Assembly (NCBI RefSeq): GCF_018350175.1
Contig: NC_058369.1
Location: 22,694,001-22,758,000 of the forward strand
DNA: 64,000 bases
Source of the DNA: Felis catus
Lineage: Eukaryota
Direction: 5' to 3'
Part shown: one piece after another, positions 12,358-24,932 of the stretch
Layout: every line of letters begins with the position of its first letter
Position numbering within the stretch: the first letter of the stretch is position 1
Notes under the pieces: model-generated
Seen by the model: the letters and a program-made list of their open reading frames with translations, nothing else
What the model was told of the DNA's origin: nothing
Database searches by the model: none
Translations under genes and position numbers: made by a program

Positions 12358-12854
12358 GCTCTTCATATCAGCCTCCGAGAGAGTCCTCGTGGAGGCTTTA
12401 GGACAGATGCAGTGTTGCTATTTCATAACCCCGTCTGCATTCAGGGGAAGGGAGTCGGCATGTTGGAGCCACAAATTACAGAGAACGTTGACAACCTCAT
12501 TTATTTTCCCCCAGAGTGTTGTGTTTTCTCACCTGTTGTTTTTAACTTCTGAGCTCCCCGAACTGCCCAAGATGCTGTCATATTTTGAGTCTGTTGAATG
12601 TGGTAGGAAATAACTTCGAAGTTAGTCTGGGGCCTTGATTCAGAAGTTCTATCTTCTCAAATCAGAGTACTTTGTGTGTTAATGTAGAATTTTTCCTTTT
12701 TAAAGCCAGACAAATGGTGGCACCGCTGAACAGCTTTCCTGATCTACATGGGCAGGAATTCCTTATTCCCTCAAAGAACTTCCCCTTCTCACCCTCTCTC
12801 CTGCTGCTCCACTGCATGGAGAATATGGGGATGAAATCCAGTCTCTTTCTTTAG

Positions 12855-13005
12855 AACTCAGATTGTGGTCCATGGACCCACAGCATAGCATCAGCTGGGG
12901 ACTTGTTAGGAATGCAGAATCTTCAGCCTCACCCTAGATCTGAATCAGAACCTCCGTTTTAACAAAACCCCTGGTGAGATTCATGTGCATATCTTGCTCT
13001 CAGTG
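12855..13005. mobile_element. MER5-type hAT MITE
   Basis: tgtggtccatggacccacagcatagcatcagctggggacttgttaggaatgcagaatct...tgaatcagaa...ttttaacaa. Confidence 0.85.
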
Positions 13006-13353
13006 GGAAGATGTCCCAGTAAGTCAAAGTATAAATACCAGCAGGGGGGACCAAAGTCTGGCCCTGGGCGACGAGGGGACTTCCTACAGGTAGGTTGACT
13101 GAGGAGCAGGAGTTGGCTGGGAGAGGGTGGGGTGACGGCAAGTAAAGGAGGGAGGGGCCTCTAAAAAAAATGGATGTACAAAGCCAGTGACGTCAAGATC
13201 ATTTGACCTGACAGTACTTTTCTCGATTTGGTATTTATCATTTCTTGGATCCTTTTTAGCACTCATACAGGGGCATGTGGTTGGGTCATGGGAAATAATT
13301 TTTGAATGATGCAGAAGTACTTACATTCCCTGGGAATAAGAAGGGGAGGTTAT

Positions 13354-13526
13354 GGGTGGGCTTTGGAGTCCTCCATCTGGGTCTGGATCCAGACTCTGCC
13401 ATTTGTGGGAAGAAACTTGGGTCAGTTAGTACCTCTGCAAATCTTGGAGTCTTTATTTGTGACGTGTAGCTTCGGATACTTTACTGGCCTGTTGGGAAAA
13501 CTTAGTTTGTAATGAGAGTCATGAAA
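13354..13526 (+). mobile_element. MIR
   Basis: gggctttggagtc...ctgggtctggatccagactctgccattt...cttgggtcagtta. Confidence 0.65.
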
Positions 13527-14930
13527 TTCATGCTTCTTGACCTTCAGATATGTGGTTTCCTATTTTTTTTTTAAGTCAGTGCTTTATAGCCTATCTGAAA
13601 CATAATAAAGGTGGTGAGGGGGGGAATAGAGTCATGTACTGCACTCCTGGATCTGGGGCCACGGAGAGTTACCCTCCATTTCATTCGTAAGAAGAGTGTT
13701 TGCCCAAGTAAGTGCCTTACATTGGGTGCTTCTTCAACAAATGTGTACATCACGTTTTCAGAGCTACTTTTCCCTTTGCGTTTTCGGTTGATGTGCCAGT
13801 TTTTCCCTTTTGCTTTCCTTTTTCTGGTTAACCTTATGTAGCCCACCACTGTATTTAATGAAAGATGAATGGGTTAAAGAGAACTTTTTCAGTAAAGGGT
13901 AAGTGACAAGATTTGAAGAGTCCCCCAGGGAAAGAGGATTAACAAAAGGAGACATTATCCAATGAAATACAAGTGAATTAACAAATTGATTTTTTGTAAG
14001 GGTTAGAAGACACAAGATTTAGTTGGAAGATAAATATTTGGTAACTGAAACCTGTAAGTGTTTTGTTGCTGGTTTTTACCCAGGGAAGCTTTGCCCACAG
14101 TGAAAATCCTATGGTTAAAATCCTACAGCACGGAGTGATGTAGACCCTATAAAAAGAATGCCAGCCTCTTTCTCTCTTGGTATTTGTCTCTGTGCATTTC
14201 AGATAATTTCTTTTTCAGTTTTAGTAATTCAGAGGATTTCCCCTCTGATCAGAGAAGCTAGTTTAAAACTTACTGAGAATAATGTGGAACCAGAAACTTA
14301 AATCGTATCTTTAACAGAGGAAATTCTTTTAATAAGAGCTTTCTATTACCTTTTTGTTCATTTCTCCCTGCACGTCACCTGAATTCCATGAAAGCATTTC
14401 CATGGGTTTCAGAGGAGTGTCCTGAGACCCATCTTGCCTGTTGACGGCAGAACATGGCAGTTTACCTGATGGAGGTTTTATAAGATGTGATGCCCTGTCG
14501 TCAGGTGATGAACTGAATGTAGGAAATGCCGCGGGCAATCTCTGCCATATGGCCCATTCTCTGAAATGGCCCTCGCGTGCCTTCCTGTCTCTGACCCTTC
14601 CAGAGAATGTTGGGTTGGATTGTTTGACTCATTAATTCACAAAGGATTATTGATTTTCTGATGATCTATAGCTTCTTCGCCTTCAGGATATAGGCTGTGC
14701 TGCAGACAGAGAGGGGGTGGAGGTTGTTTGGAGGTTGTTAGAAGAAAAAAGTGACTGTGTGCATCAGCCCCTGACTTAATTCCAATCCCCTACCATTATT
14801 CTTTATTCATGCCTCTTTCCCCCTCTGTCTGTTAGTGGAAGAAATGGATATCTGATTGCATATTTGGCTTTTGATTATGCTGCTTTTTGGGTACCAGTGT
14901 TACCAACAATGTCATTTGTTACCAGTTCTT

Positions 14931-15150
14931 TTAAATTTTTTTTTTTTAACGTTTATTTATTTTTGAGACAGAGAGAGACAGAGCATGAACAGGGGAGGGT
15001 CAGAGAGAGAGGGAGACACAGAATCTGAAACGGGCTCCAGGCTCTGAGCTGTCAGCACAGAGCCCGACGTGGGGCTCGAACTCACGGACCGTGAGATCAT
15101 GACCTGAGCCGAAGTCAGACGTTTAACCGACTGAGCCACCCAGGCGCCCC
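14931..15150 (-). mobile_element. Can-SINE (SINEC_Fc2-like)
   Basis: Full-length antisense SINE ending gagccacccaggcgcccc. TSD ccagttctt at 14922-14930 and 15151-15159. Confidence 0.97.
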
Positions 15151-15342
15151 CCAGTTCTTATTTTTGATGGCCCATTGGGTGAATTGGTATCTTAAAGTAT
15201 GTTGTAATTATTAATGTTCAGAGATAGGAAAAAAGGAAAAGAAAACATATTTTAAAAATATACAGATCATATTTACAGATCTAATAATTGATACAGATCT
15301 TGTACAGATATAATAATTTTCATGTGAAATTATTATATGTTA

Positions 15343-15786
15343 CAGTAGCCCCCCTGATATCAGTTTTACTTTCTGTGGTTTCAGTTACCTGTGGTCAGCC
15401 ACAGTCTAGAAGCACATGCTTCTCCTTCTGACATTTTGTCAGAAGGTCAGCCGTAGCCCAAGGCTATGTCACAGTGCCTACATCCTTCACCTCACTGCAC
15501 GTCATCATGTAGGTGTTTTATCATCTCACAGCATCATGAGAAGGGTGAATACAGTACAGTAAGAGACTTTGAGAGAGACCATACTCATATAACTTTTATT
15601 TCAGTATGTTATTGTAATTGTTCTACTTTGTTATTATTTTGTCAATTGCTTAAGGTGCCTAACTTATAAATTAGAGTTTATCGTAAGTATGTATGTGTAG
15701 GGAGAAACATAGTGTATGGTGTATATGTAGTGTTTGGTACCCTCTGTGGTTTCAGGCATCTCCTGTGGATATTGGGAGACTGACTG
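15343..15786 (+). mobile_element. MER44 (Tigger7-derived, TcMar) DNA transposon
   Basis: ta|cagtagcccccctgatatcagttttactttctgtggtttcagttacctgtggtca... and the end gagagagaccatactcatataacttttatt...ggtttcaggcatc...gactg. Confidence 0.85.
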
Positions 15787-16051
15787 CTATGTTAAAATTG
15801 CCAATGTACTGCATTCATTAGTTAGGGTTTTTTCAAACAAAGCTTGGTCATCCTGCCAATTGAAAGAGTCCTTAATTTCCTTTCCTTGTTCTAGTTTTCT
15901 TTGTTCCCCACATTTATCTCTGTATAGCCAACAAAACACAGCACACACACATCCACAGATGGACACACGCAGACATACGTTCCACGAAACACGGCATGCA
16001 CACCTACACAGGGGGACCCATATACATCTCATGAAACACAGCGTGCACATG

Positions 16052-16054
<3 letters not shown>

Positions 16055-16098
<44 letters not shown>
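16055..16098. repeat. (AC)22 microsatellite
   Basis: Read directly. Confidence 0.97.
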
Positions 16099-16101
<3 letters not shown>

Positions 16102-17489
16102 AGGTTTTGGGGAGAAGGGGAGAGAAGGATGATTCCCTTGCAGCCATACCCTTGGATGAGCCCGTGTTTGGAAAAGATGAGTCCTATGACTCAAGCGGAC
16201 ATATGTTTCCCACCCGACCATTGTTTAAGATTCCTTATGCAGATTTAATATACATTAAAGAATATGTAATTTAAGGGAAGAAAAGAAAATACCTTCCTGA
16301 AATTGAATACGAAAGCCTGTGGAACAGATAATGCACGCAACTTTAACAGTTCCTGTCTCACTTTGTCATTGTTTTGATTTCTGATTGATCACATACAGGT
16401 TGGCATTGACGTCTGACTGCACCAAGCTCAGATTCACTGAGAGCTCTTAATATTGTATTCGGTTTTATACCAAACCTGTGGACTTGAACAGCACATTCTC
16501 CTTTCACTGGTAAAAATCTTTCAGCCAAGGCTTCTAGTCTTATAATTTCTCTGCTGAGAACAGTTCCAGCATCTCCCAGCTACAGTAAAATTGATGAGCG
16601 GCCCCCAGAAAGTTGAATCTCTATGTGAGGGCTCAGGGATGGAGATATGGGAGTGGTTGGCATGGTTCTAGGAGCCTGTTTGCAAAGCAACTTTTGCTTG
16701 TGGAGAGGATTCTCTACCATGACTTTCCGATATTGACAAGATGGCCTTTTCAGTGGAATGTGTTTCTCAGAACATGACTAAACTTCCATGGAAAAATTCT
16801 GAAGGGGCTCAAGTACAGAATGGAAACAGCACTCATTGGATCTTCTAATTCTCCATCTTGGGTTTAGTGTTTCCAGGCTGTTCGCCAAGAACTCCAGCTG
16901 AGTATGCATTCTTCATCCACATACGTATTCTCCCACCCACCAGGACCCCCTAATAATTGCAAAAGCTCAAAATGGAACTGGCTTTCACAAAGTCTAATGA
17001 GCTATGAGGAGACAATGTCCATGTACCAATGGGTATCAGGGTGGATGGCCTTTTATGATTGATCTCCATGACCTCACCCTATCCTGTTTGTCCACTCTTC
17101 CTTCATCTGTTTCCTTCCTCCTCCTCCTCATCCAGTTGTATGTAGAAGCATGTGCTTAGGCTTGGTCCTGGGATCCCTCTCCTGCTCTTCTCTCCTTTGC
17201 CTTCTGCCTTCTGTTACTGTGAGTGAGGTCATTCGTTCCCAGTGCTGTCTTTGTTCCTTGGCTCCCTCGCTTAGGGTGTGGGCTCATGCCATTCTCTTCA
17301 CCTGCTAGTTTCTCCCTTTCAGTAGCACTCCGCCCCCCCCCCCGCGCGCCCCAACTCATTCTTTACCTCTCTGTTGTAACAGTAGTAGTTCCTTGGAGAG
17401 GTCTTTTCTCTATCTCATTTGGGTCTCCCTTGTTGGGTGCACTTGGTGCTAGTTGTCGCAGTAGATAATGACATGTGTGTTCTGTGCTT

Positions 17490-17620
17490 TTATTTGACCA
17501 ATATCTCCCCAGTAAACTCTTAGCTCTGTGAGGGGGGAGAGTTTATTGTTTCCACTCTTTAGAATAGTCCCACCATTTAGCACAGTATCTGGCACATAGT
17601 ATTTCGTAAATATTTAAGAC
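17490..17620 (+). mobile_element. L2 3' end
   Basis: tctccccagtaaactcttagctctgtgagggg...tagcacagtatctggcacatagt. Confidence 0.7.
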
Positions 17621-17899
17621 AGTCAGTCGTTGACTTGATTCGATAGTCTTTCCTGACACTCTCTTGATCTTGTTGAAAGCATTGGTTTTCTTCTAATTAT
17701 ACTTGATTTCCTAATGGACGCTGCTTTGTTTCCTAAGAATAAATTAATTCAGAGTCCCATATTCTCCTAAAGAATTACCTGTAGGGCCGTCTTCAAAACT
17801 CTAATTGTCATGGCAGAGTGTGTTCACATGTATGTACTGTGCTATGAAATGTGTTGCTGAGTCTGCCGTTTGGTGGCCCTTCTGAAGGTTCACATTATG

Positions 17900-18060
17900 A
17901 CGCCCACACCTGGGGTCTTGGCTCCTGGACCCTCAGTTTTCTTACCCACCCAGTGTAGCAGCTCTTTCAAGAGTTGTTCTGAGAAGGCAATGGGGCATGA
18001 AAACACTTGGCAGGAGGCCTAGCTCAGAGGCCGAGCTCAGCCATTGTTAGCTGCTAGCAT
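17900..18060 (+). mobile_element. MIR (degenerate)
   Basis: cctcagttttctt...gagttgttctgagaa...tgaaaacacttggca...gctcagccattgttagctgct. Confidence 0.55.
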
Positions 18061-18577
18061 GATTGAGTAGGTGGTTGACTTGGGGCAAAAAGTCAGCTCA
18101 TCTGCTGTCAGCCTCGTCAGTGACTTCAGGTTCTCTGCTCCAGGAATCCAGGTGCTCTCCGTCTTTTTTCTGCCATTCACGGTCCTTATCATAAGAGCCT
18201 ATCTGAAGGCCAGTCGCTTCCAAGAAGCCTTGACTTAGTAGCTTACAGGTCTCTGAAGATTCCTTGCAGCTCACCTGTTTTGTGGTGTGCCTGCTCTGTG
18301 CCCACATGGGGCTATAAAATGTGGTGAGGCCAGCGGCTGCCCCAGAACTAGTGCTGTCCAAGGTGCCCTGATGGTGCTAAAATGGGGTAGAGCAGAGAAG
18401 ACAGCATTGCACTGGGCCCTGACCAGACCCAAGACGTGCAGTCAGAAGATGCAGGCTCCAGGTTTGAAGAGGGACAGGGACAAACAGGATGGCAAGAGGA
18501 GTCTAGAGTCCACTGTCCCCTGACAGATCATGGGGACTGTATTTACCGTGAAAAAACAGGTGACCCAGGCAGCAGAT

Positions 18578-18802
18578 GGTGCCAAGTAATGTTATGAACA
18601 CTGTATATAGGGAAACTCATGTCATGTCCATAACAACCCCATGAGATCATTGTTATTATTACCCCCATTTTTCAGATGAGGAAACTGAGGCAGAGGATAG
18701 CCATGACATCTTTTCCGAGGGCCCATGGAGAGTGAGTGGAGAGTAAGTGGTAGAGTTGGGATTCTCCTCCAGTTAGTCTGTGCTCTTACCCTTATGCCAT
18801 AC
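18578..18802 (-). mobile_element. MIR
   Basis: ataacaaccccatgag...ttattacccccatttttcagatgaggaaactgaggcagag. Confidence 0.9.
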
Positions 18803-19112
18803 GACCTCCTCATCTCTCTTCTAGAATATTTCAAGGCAGGATGAGACTTGGTTTGTGTAACCAGTTAGCATAACTGGGTTCTAAAGGCAGCTATTACAGC
18901 AGGGGCAGAGAGAGTTCAAGTTGAGAACATTTTCTGTTGCTTGTGCTCAGCGCTGTCCAGAAGTGGGCTGCAAGAGGCTCCTTGGAAGAGTCCAGGGGTC
19001 ACTTGTCCAGGATGCATTGGATGGAAATTCAGCATTTGGAGGGAGATTGGGCTTGGTGATGGTCATTAGGATTTGCATTACATGCATTCATATTGAAAAC
19101 AATTCTCTAATC

Positions 19113-19338
19113 CAGGCTTTTACAACCTCTTCGTGTGGACGTATTTGTCTGGATAATTCTTTGTTGTGGGGATTACCCTGTGTTTTGTAGGATGTTTAGC
19201 AGCATTTTAGGCTATACCCACTGGATACCAGTAGCAGCATCTTCCTACAACCCTCTTTCAGTTGTGAAAACACACAGTGTTTCCGGATACTGCTAGGTGT
19301 TCCTGGGGGACAAAATGGCCTCTAGTTTAGAGCCACTG
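19113..19338 (-). mobile_element. MER20 hAT DNA transposon
   Basis: ggataattctttgttgtgggg...tgtaggatgtttagcagcat...gggggacaaaat...gagccactg. Degenerate 8-bp TSD ctctaatc/ctctaaat. Confidence 0.9.
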
Positions 19339-19610
19339 CTCTAAATGTAACCCTCCTCTTTTGTGAGAGGCCCATATTTCACTATCTTGACCCCAAGGGC
19401 CCGAGGGTCCCAATGTATTCCAGTGAGAGCTGGGGTTGTCGGACCCCTGAACACTCCCCTTCTTTATTTTGGTGGTTCAAAGGATGAACTACTTTATACT
19501 TAAGATTTCTGGGGGAATAATTAGAAAATATATCCTGTTGTCATCTACAGGATGCTCTCACTTTGATTGTAAAGAAACAATTATACTTCTGCATTAAAAG
19601 AGTCTGTAAG

Positions 19611-19837
19611 GGGGCATCTGGGTGGCCCAGTCAGTTAAGCATCAAGCTCTTGATTTCTGCTTAGGTCATGAGCTCACTGTTGTGAGATGGAGTCCTGCAT
19701 CAGGCTCTGCTTTGAGTGTGGAGCCTGCTTAAGATTCTCTATCTCCCTCTCCCTCTGCCTCTCCCCTTCTTGTGCATGCTCATGCTCTTTTTCTCTCTCT
19801 CTCTCTCCCTCAAACAAAAGAAAGAAAAAAAAAAAAG
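19611..19837 (+). mobile_element. Older Can-SINE inserted into an L1ME-like 3' end (which continues to about 20006)
   Basis: ggggcatctgggtggcccagtcagttaagc... TSD aaagagtctgtaag / aaagaatctgtaag. Confidence 0.92.
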
Positions 19838-21059
19838 AAAGAATCTGTAAGGATATAAACCACAGGATACACTGTGGAACCGTGGTATTTTGGGATAGTG
19901 GGATTAAGGGTTTGTTTTGTCTGTTTATTTGTTTCCTATTTGCTTATATCTACCTTCTGATAGTTCTTCCTACAGTGAGAACATTTTGCTTTTATAATAA
20001 GAAAAAGTCTCATTTTACCTTCAACTATGTTAGGAGAGTGATTTGGGGAGGTCAGAACATGAGTTCTGGAGCCAGCCTGCCTGGACTGGAATCCACCCTT
20101 ACCTGTCTATTTTTTCACCATCTTAGACTTTGCTTCTTCCCATTTGAAAAGGAGTATCATGTAACAAATTTAGAAAACTGGAAAAATTGAACCAAAACTC
20201 TGCCACTTACCCCAGCCATGGTTAAAATTTCGTTGTGGCCTCTCTGACTGTCTTTTGCTTTGGGTTTTTACATGGCTGTAGTTATAAACATCATTCACCT
20301 CACTTAGCATTAGTTCATGAGCAGATTTCTATGATAGTACACATTGGGTGAAATTAGTTTTTGACATAGGCATCTTGTAGCTGTGGACAAAGGCCAGCTT
20401 TTCCAGTGGGTTGTTTAATTCATGTCTTGCATGCAGCCTTCTGAGTTAGTCCTATTCCCTTGTGCATGTTATGAGGCATTTATTATACTTTTATGTCAGT
20501 GATTACTAAATTTCTTTGAACTTGACACTTTATATATTTTTAATCACACAAATAATACATGAATATATGGTCTTTGTGAAGAATTCTAATAACCCAGTAG
20601 TATATAGGGAAGAAAATTATCATTCTCATCAATTCTGCTCTAACACCATGGCCTGAGATAAATATTGCTTCCAGTTTAGTGTTTACCCTTCCCTGATCCA
20701 TTTGAGAAATCATCATTTATTGACAGAGCACCCAGAGAAACTCATAAACCATGATCTTCACTTACAGAGACAGCAGAGCCATCTGCTAGAATTAATCATT
20801 ACAGGAAATGCCCGCAATTTGATGTATATGTTTAATATAGAGAAATCTTAAATCGGATTGTAAATATATGCTAATGACCAGGCGGTACATGCACGTGACA
20901 GAGACTAGCAGTCAACAGGGATTGTACGTTCTGATGCTGCATGTGAATTGGGGCAGATGCCCTGTCACCAGTTGCACATCAGCTGACCTTGCCTGGGACC
21001 TCTTGCTACTCTTGGGTAGTGTGTACAGGTGCTAACCTGTGTTCACGCCTTAGAGAGAG

Positions 21060-21480
21060 TGCAGGGGGCTCTGAACTTAGGTGGGAAAAGGAGACGTCTT
21101 TTATTTTCACTAGCCTCCAACTGAAATGTACTGCTTTATCTTACAAGTGTAGGTAGCAAGCCACAGTGGTGCCTGTGACTTAGTCATTGACAGAAATCAT
21201 AGATATTTTCATTTTATATCATAGTCCATGCAGATATCTCTTTGCTGTTGGCACTCATTCTTGACACTGATGATATGACAGCTACAGACTCACCACTAGA
21301 TCTTGTTATTTAAGGCAGCGATGAGGAAACACGGGCATTACTGCCTCACAAATTTATGTTGTAAACATTTCGAAAACTGAAAATCCATATAATTGGCTTC
21401 CTCCCTGTGTGTTTTCTTTTTCTCATCTAAATGCATCATTCTGAGAAGGGGGTCAGTGGGATTCACCAAATGCTAGCGCA
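21060..21480 (-). mobile_element. hAT-Charlie fossil (MER119/Charlie7-like), same family as 476-925 in opposite orientation
   Basis: caccactagatcttgttatttaa and cctgtgacttagtcattgacagaaatca are close reverse complements of motifs at about 674-695 and 772-802. Confidence 0.65.
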
Positions 21481-21636
21481 GCACTCCCTGCCCCCCCCCC
21501 AACAAACCACTACAAGTCTCCATCTTAAAGGCACATCATATGATGGTAATAAGGTGGGTGAGGTGGATGTATTGATTGATTTCCTTATATTTTCCTAAAT
21601 ACATCTTAGGAGAGAAAATACTGGTAGCATAGTGGT

Positions 21637-21637
21637 T

Positions 21638-21712
<75 letters not shown>
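21637..21712. repeat. Compound (TG)13(AG)25 microsatellite
   Basis: Read directly. Confidence 0.97.
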
Positions 21713-21715
<3 letters not shown>

Positions 21716-22302
21716 AAGGGAGAGGAGAGGAAACATTAGTTAACATTCTCTAGGACTCTTCAAACCACCACAGGAAAAAAACCCTATTTCGGGAGGAAAC
21801 GTGTGGGCTTCCTTCATCCTGTCTAGATTCCTCAGTTTCAGGGCCTCATTTCCGTGCCTAGCAACCCTGAGGAATCCAGTGCTTTCGGTCATAAATGGGG
21901 ATCTCTAAGGTAAGCCAGCCTCAGGTTCTGAGCCCCAGGGGACCCAAATGGTGAGGAGGAGGACCCCTAGCTCTGTCCCCCCTGGCTGGGATGCTGGTAA
22001 GACAGGAGGTGGACATCTGTCCCTTATGAGCCTGGGCTGGCTGCTGCCATGTCCGTGCGTCACACTCATATTACAGTAGAGATCATATCAGCGCCTGCTT
22101 CAAGGGTTAATGATAGATGCCAGGAAATAGTCTGCACACTCTAGCACATCACTGCCTGTAGGAGATGCACGCCCTTGTTATTCTGTCTCGGTCTCCTCAC
22201 GTGAAGATGTCTGGGGAGGAAGATAGAGACGTTTTCTCTGGGTCTCAGAGTGTTCAAAGAAACAGAGTCAGGGGCAGATTTCACATAAAAACATAGATTT
22301 CT

Positions 22303-22544
22303 GGGGCGCCTGGGTGGCGCAGTCGATTAAGCGTCCGACTTCAGCCAGGTCACGATCTCGCGGTCCGTGAGTTTGAGCCCCGCGTTGGGCTCTGGGCTGA
22401 TGGCTCAGAGCCTGGAGCCTGTTTCCGATTCTGTGTCTCCCTCTCTCTCTGCCCCTCCCCCGTTCATGCTCTGTCTCTCTCTGTCCCAAAAATAAATAAA
22501 TGTTGAAAAAAAAATTAAAAAAAAACAAAATAAACAAAAAAAAC
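22303..22544 (+). mobile_element. Young felid SINE (SINEC_Fc)
   Basis: Diagnostic ggtggcgcagtc, cagccaggtcacgatctcgcggtccgtgag, gggctgatggctc. TSD acatagatttct at 22291-22302 and 22545-22556. Confidence 0.97.
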
Positions 22545-22806
22545 ACATAGATTTCTGGCATCTCTTAACAAATACAGGATCGGGTAACCACAGGGTGCCC
22601 CTCTCCCCACAAAGATCAGCAGAAGCTAAAACGTAACCACGGGTGGGACAGAAACTCTGCCCTTTGCCGCAGACCCCAGCCTACCTTCCTTCCCTCACCT
22701 GATACGACCCGTTCCTCTGGGAACGTTTGAGTTAGTGGCTTCTGAAACGGATTATTTCTCAGTTTCTGTCAGATTCTAACACTGTGAGTTTAAAAATATT
22801 GGGGAG

Positions 22807-23266
22807 ATGTTTATAGCAGCACTATCAACAATAGCCAAAGTATGGAAGGAGCCCAAATGTCCATCGATGGATGAATGGATAAAGAAGATGTGGTATATAT
22901 ATACAATGGAGTATTACTCAGCAATCAAAAAGAAAGAAATCTTGCCATTTGCAACTACGTGGATGGAACTGGAGGGCATTAGGATAAGCGAAATTAGAGA
23001 AAGACAAGTATCATATGACTTCACTCATATGAGGACTTTAAGAGAGAAAACAGATGAACATAAGGGAAAGGAAACAAAAATAATATAAAAACAGGGAGGG
23101 GGCAAAACATAAGAGACTCATAAATATGGAGAACAAACTGAGGGTTGCTGGAGGGGTTGTGGGAGGGGGTATGGGCTAAATGGGTAAGGGGCACTAAGGA
23201 ATCTACTCCTGAAATCATTGTTGCACTGTATGCTAATTTGGATGTAAATTTTAAAAAATAAAAAAT
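22807..23266 (+). mobile_element. 5'-truncated felid/carnivore L1 (ORF2 C-terminus plus 3' UTR)
   Basis: Translates MFIAALSTIAKVWKEPKCPSMDEWIKKMWYIYTMEYYSAIKK (L1 ORF2 end). G-rich 3' UTR and A tail. Degenerate TSD aaaaatattggggaga / aagaattttggagaga. Confidence 0.95.
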
Positions 23267-24308
23267 AAGAATTTTGGAGAGAAGTGCTATGTGCCGGGCT
23301 TGGTGAAGTATGTAAAAAAAAAAAAAATCACTGGTGGTGAAGTTAGGGACAGCTAAACTCCTCAAAGGCTCTGATTATGTCTTGCATTTCAGCATAGGGG
23401 TGGTTCTGCTGTGACGCCTTCAATTTTTGAAACTGTTTATGGTGGATAAAATGGGGTGTCACCTGCTGCAAACTCGTAGAGCATCTGTGGGCAAATGTGA
23501 GGCAAAGAGATGTTTCCACGGAGAATGCTGATGCTCTGGACCGTTTTCTCTTAGCGTCTGACCTCAGCAGTAGGGAACAGAATCTCCCCAACCTTTCTAC
23601 AGGGGAAGCTTTCCACCAAGAAGAGGGAGACTGAGTTCTTAGCTCTTCCTTTCAGCAGGACAGAGGGCTGGTTCAAACTGTTAAGCACGATCCCACCATG
23701 GTTCTCTAAATTCCCCAATGAAGAGCTAGGGTCTAGCTGTGCCATAAACCAGAGCCTGTGTTCAGTTTGGAGTTGATGGAGTTAAAGGTTCATTCAGATG
23801 CAGCGTCCTAACCCTCATTCCAGCTTCTGGCTCTGTTAAGTACAGAAACCACTTGAGCAGCTGCAAATAGTATTAGCTCTAAGCTTGTTACAGATCTTGC
23901 AGACTCATTCATTGATTGCCTTCGATTTCCAGGACATCTTGGATATAGAATTAAAGAGACTTTAGTTAAGCCAATTAACTTTTGTGGTGCCTGGACAACT
24001 AATATCATATGCTAGAGAAGGTCACTGGTGTTATTCAAATAGCAGTTTTATTTGAGCTGGGATTAAGGAAATCGGACAGAAGGTCTAAGAATTGTTTATA
24101 GTGTGTTCCTTTCTGTGTTGCAATATCTTGGCCTTTAACATCTGAGCCTGACCGTAATTACACATACAAGTGGTTGGGTCATATTATCCTTTCTGTAGAT
24201 TGTGACTTGATTGTGCCAGCTCCAAATTATCCATCTTGTAGATGGTTCCCAGCCAAGTTTTAATCGGAGGTTTCATCTATTTCTAGTTTATCAAGCTCTT
24301 AAACTGAA

Positions 24309-24932
24309 GTGTGGTGGTTGAGAGTATAGACTCTGGGGCTATGCTGCCTGGGTTCGAATCCTGGTTCCGTGACAGCAGCACAGAGAGCTCACAGATCCTG
24401 GAAGATTTAAGCGTCCATTTCCACAGTTCGACTTAAAAGCCTGAATATGGCTCCGAAGCCACCAGTTCCGTTTCCCGGGCTCTGGTACATCGGGGTGGGC
24501 CGTATGGCCTGTTAAGTGCCAGTGGAAGGTGAGCAGGGCTGATGCATGTCGCTTCCAGGCTTCGGAGTGAGGAAGCAGGCGTGTCCTTCTCCACACCCTC
24601 TCTTCCCATCTGCTGGCTGAATGCAGGAGACTCCAAGGTCTGAGGGGAGAGCTGAGACGCACAATGGGAGGGTCCTGGGTCCTTAAATCACTACGTGGAA
24701 AACTGAAGACAAGGAACGGTTGGTTACATGAACAAGAAATAAATGTCTATTGCGTTAAGCCCCTGAGATTTTGAGATATTTTTGTTATAGTAACTCCTGT
24801 CCCTCTAATTCATCCAACCACTTACCGGTAGTATAACCTTGGTAACTTGGCTAATGTCTCTGTAGAATGGGAGAGAACAATACCAATCTGACTGAAAGGT
24901 AAGTGCTCAATAAATGCTGGTTGTTATTATTA
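24309..24932 (+). mobile_element. MIR split by an MLT1 LTR
   Basis: MIR head gtgtggtggttgagagtatagactctgg...gggttcgaatcctggttcc, resuming at about 24817 with accacttac...aagtgctcaataaatgctggttgttattatt. Confidence 0.8.
24369..24816 (+). mobile_element. MLT1 (MLT1I/J-like) solo LTR
   Basis: gccagtggaaggtgagcagggctgatgcatgtcgcttccaggc...ctctcttcccatctgctggctg...gaaataaatgtctattgcgttaagcccctgagattttg. Confidence 0.85.

Noticed and set aside
22303..22380. tRNA gene
   Set aside because: This is the tRNA-derived head of a SINE with A/B boxes, followed by the SINE body, tail and TSD.
22807..23088. Functional reverse transcriptase gene
   Set aside because: Only the C-terminal remnant of L1 ORF2 in a 5'-truncated copy.
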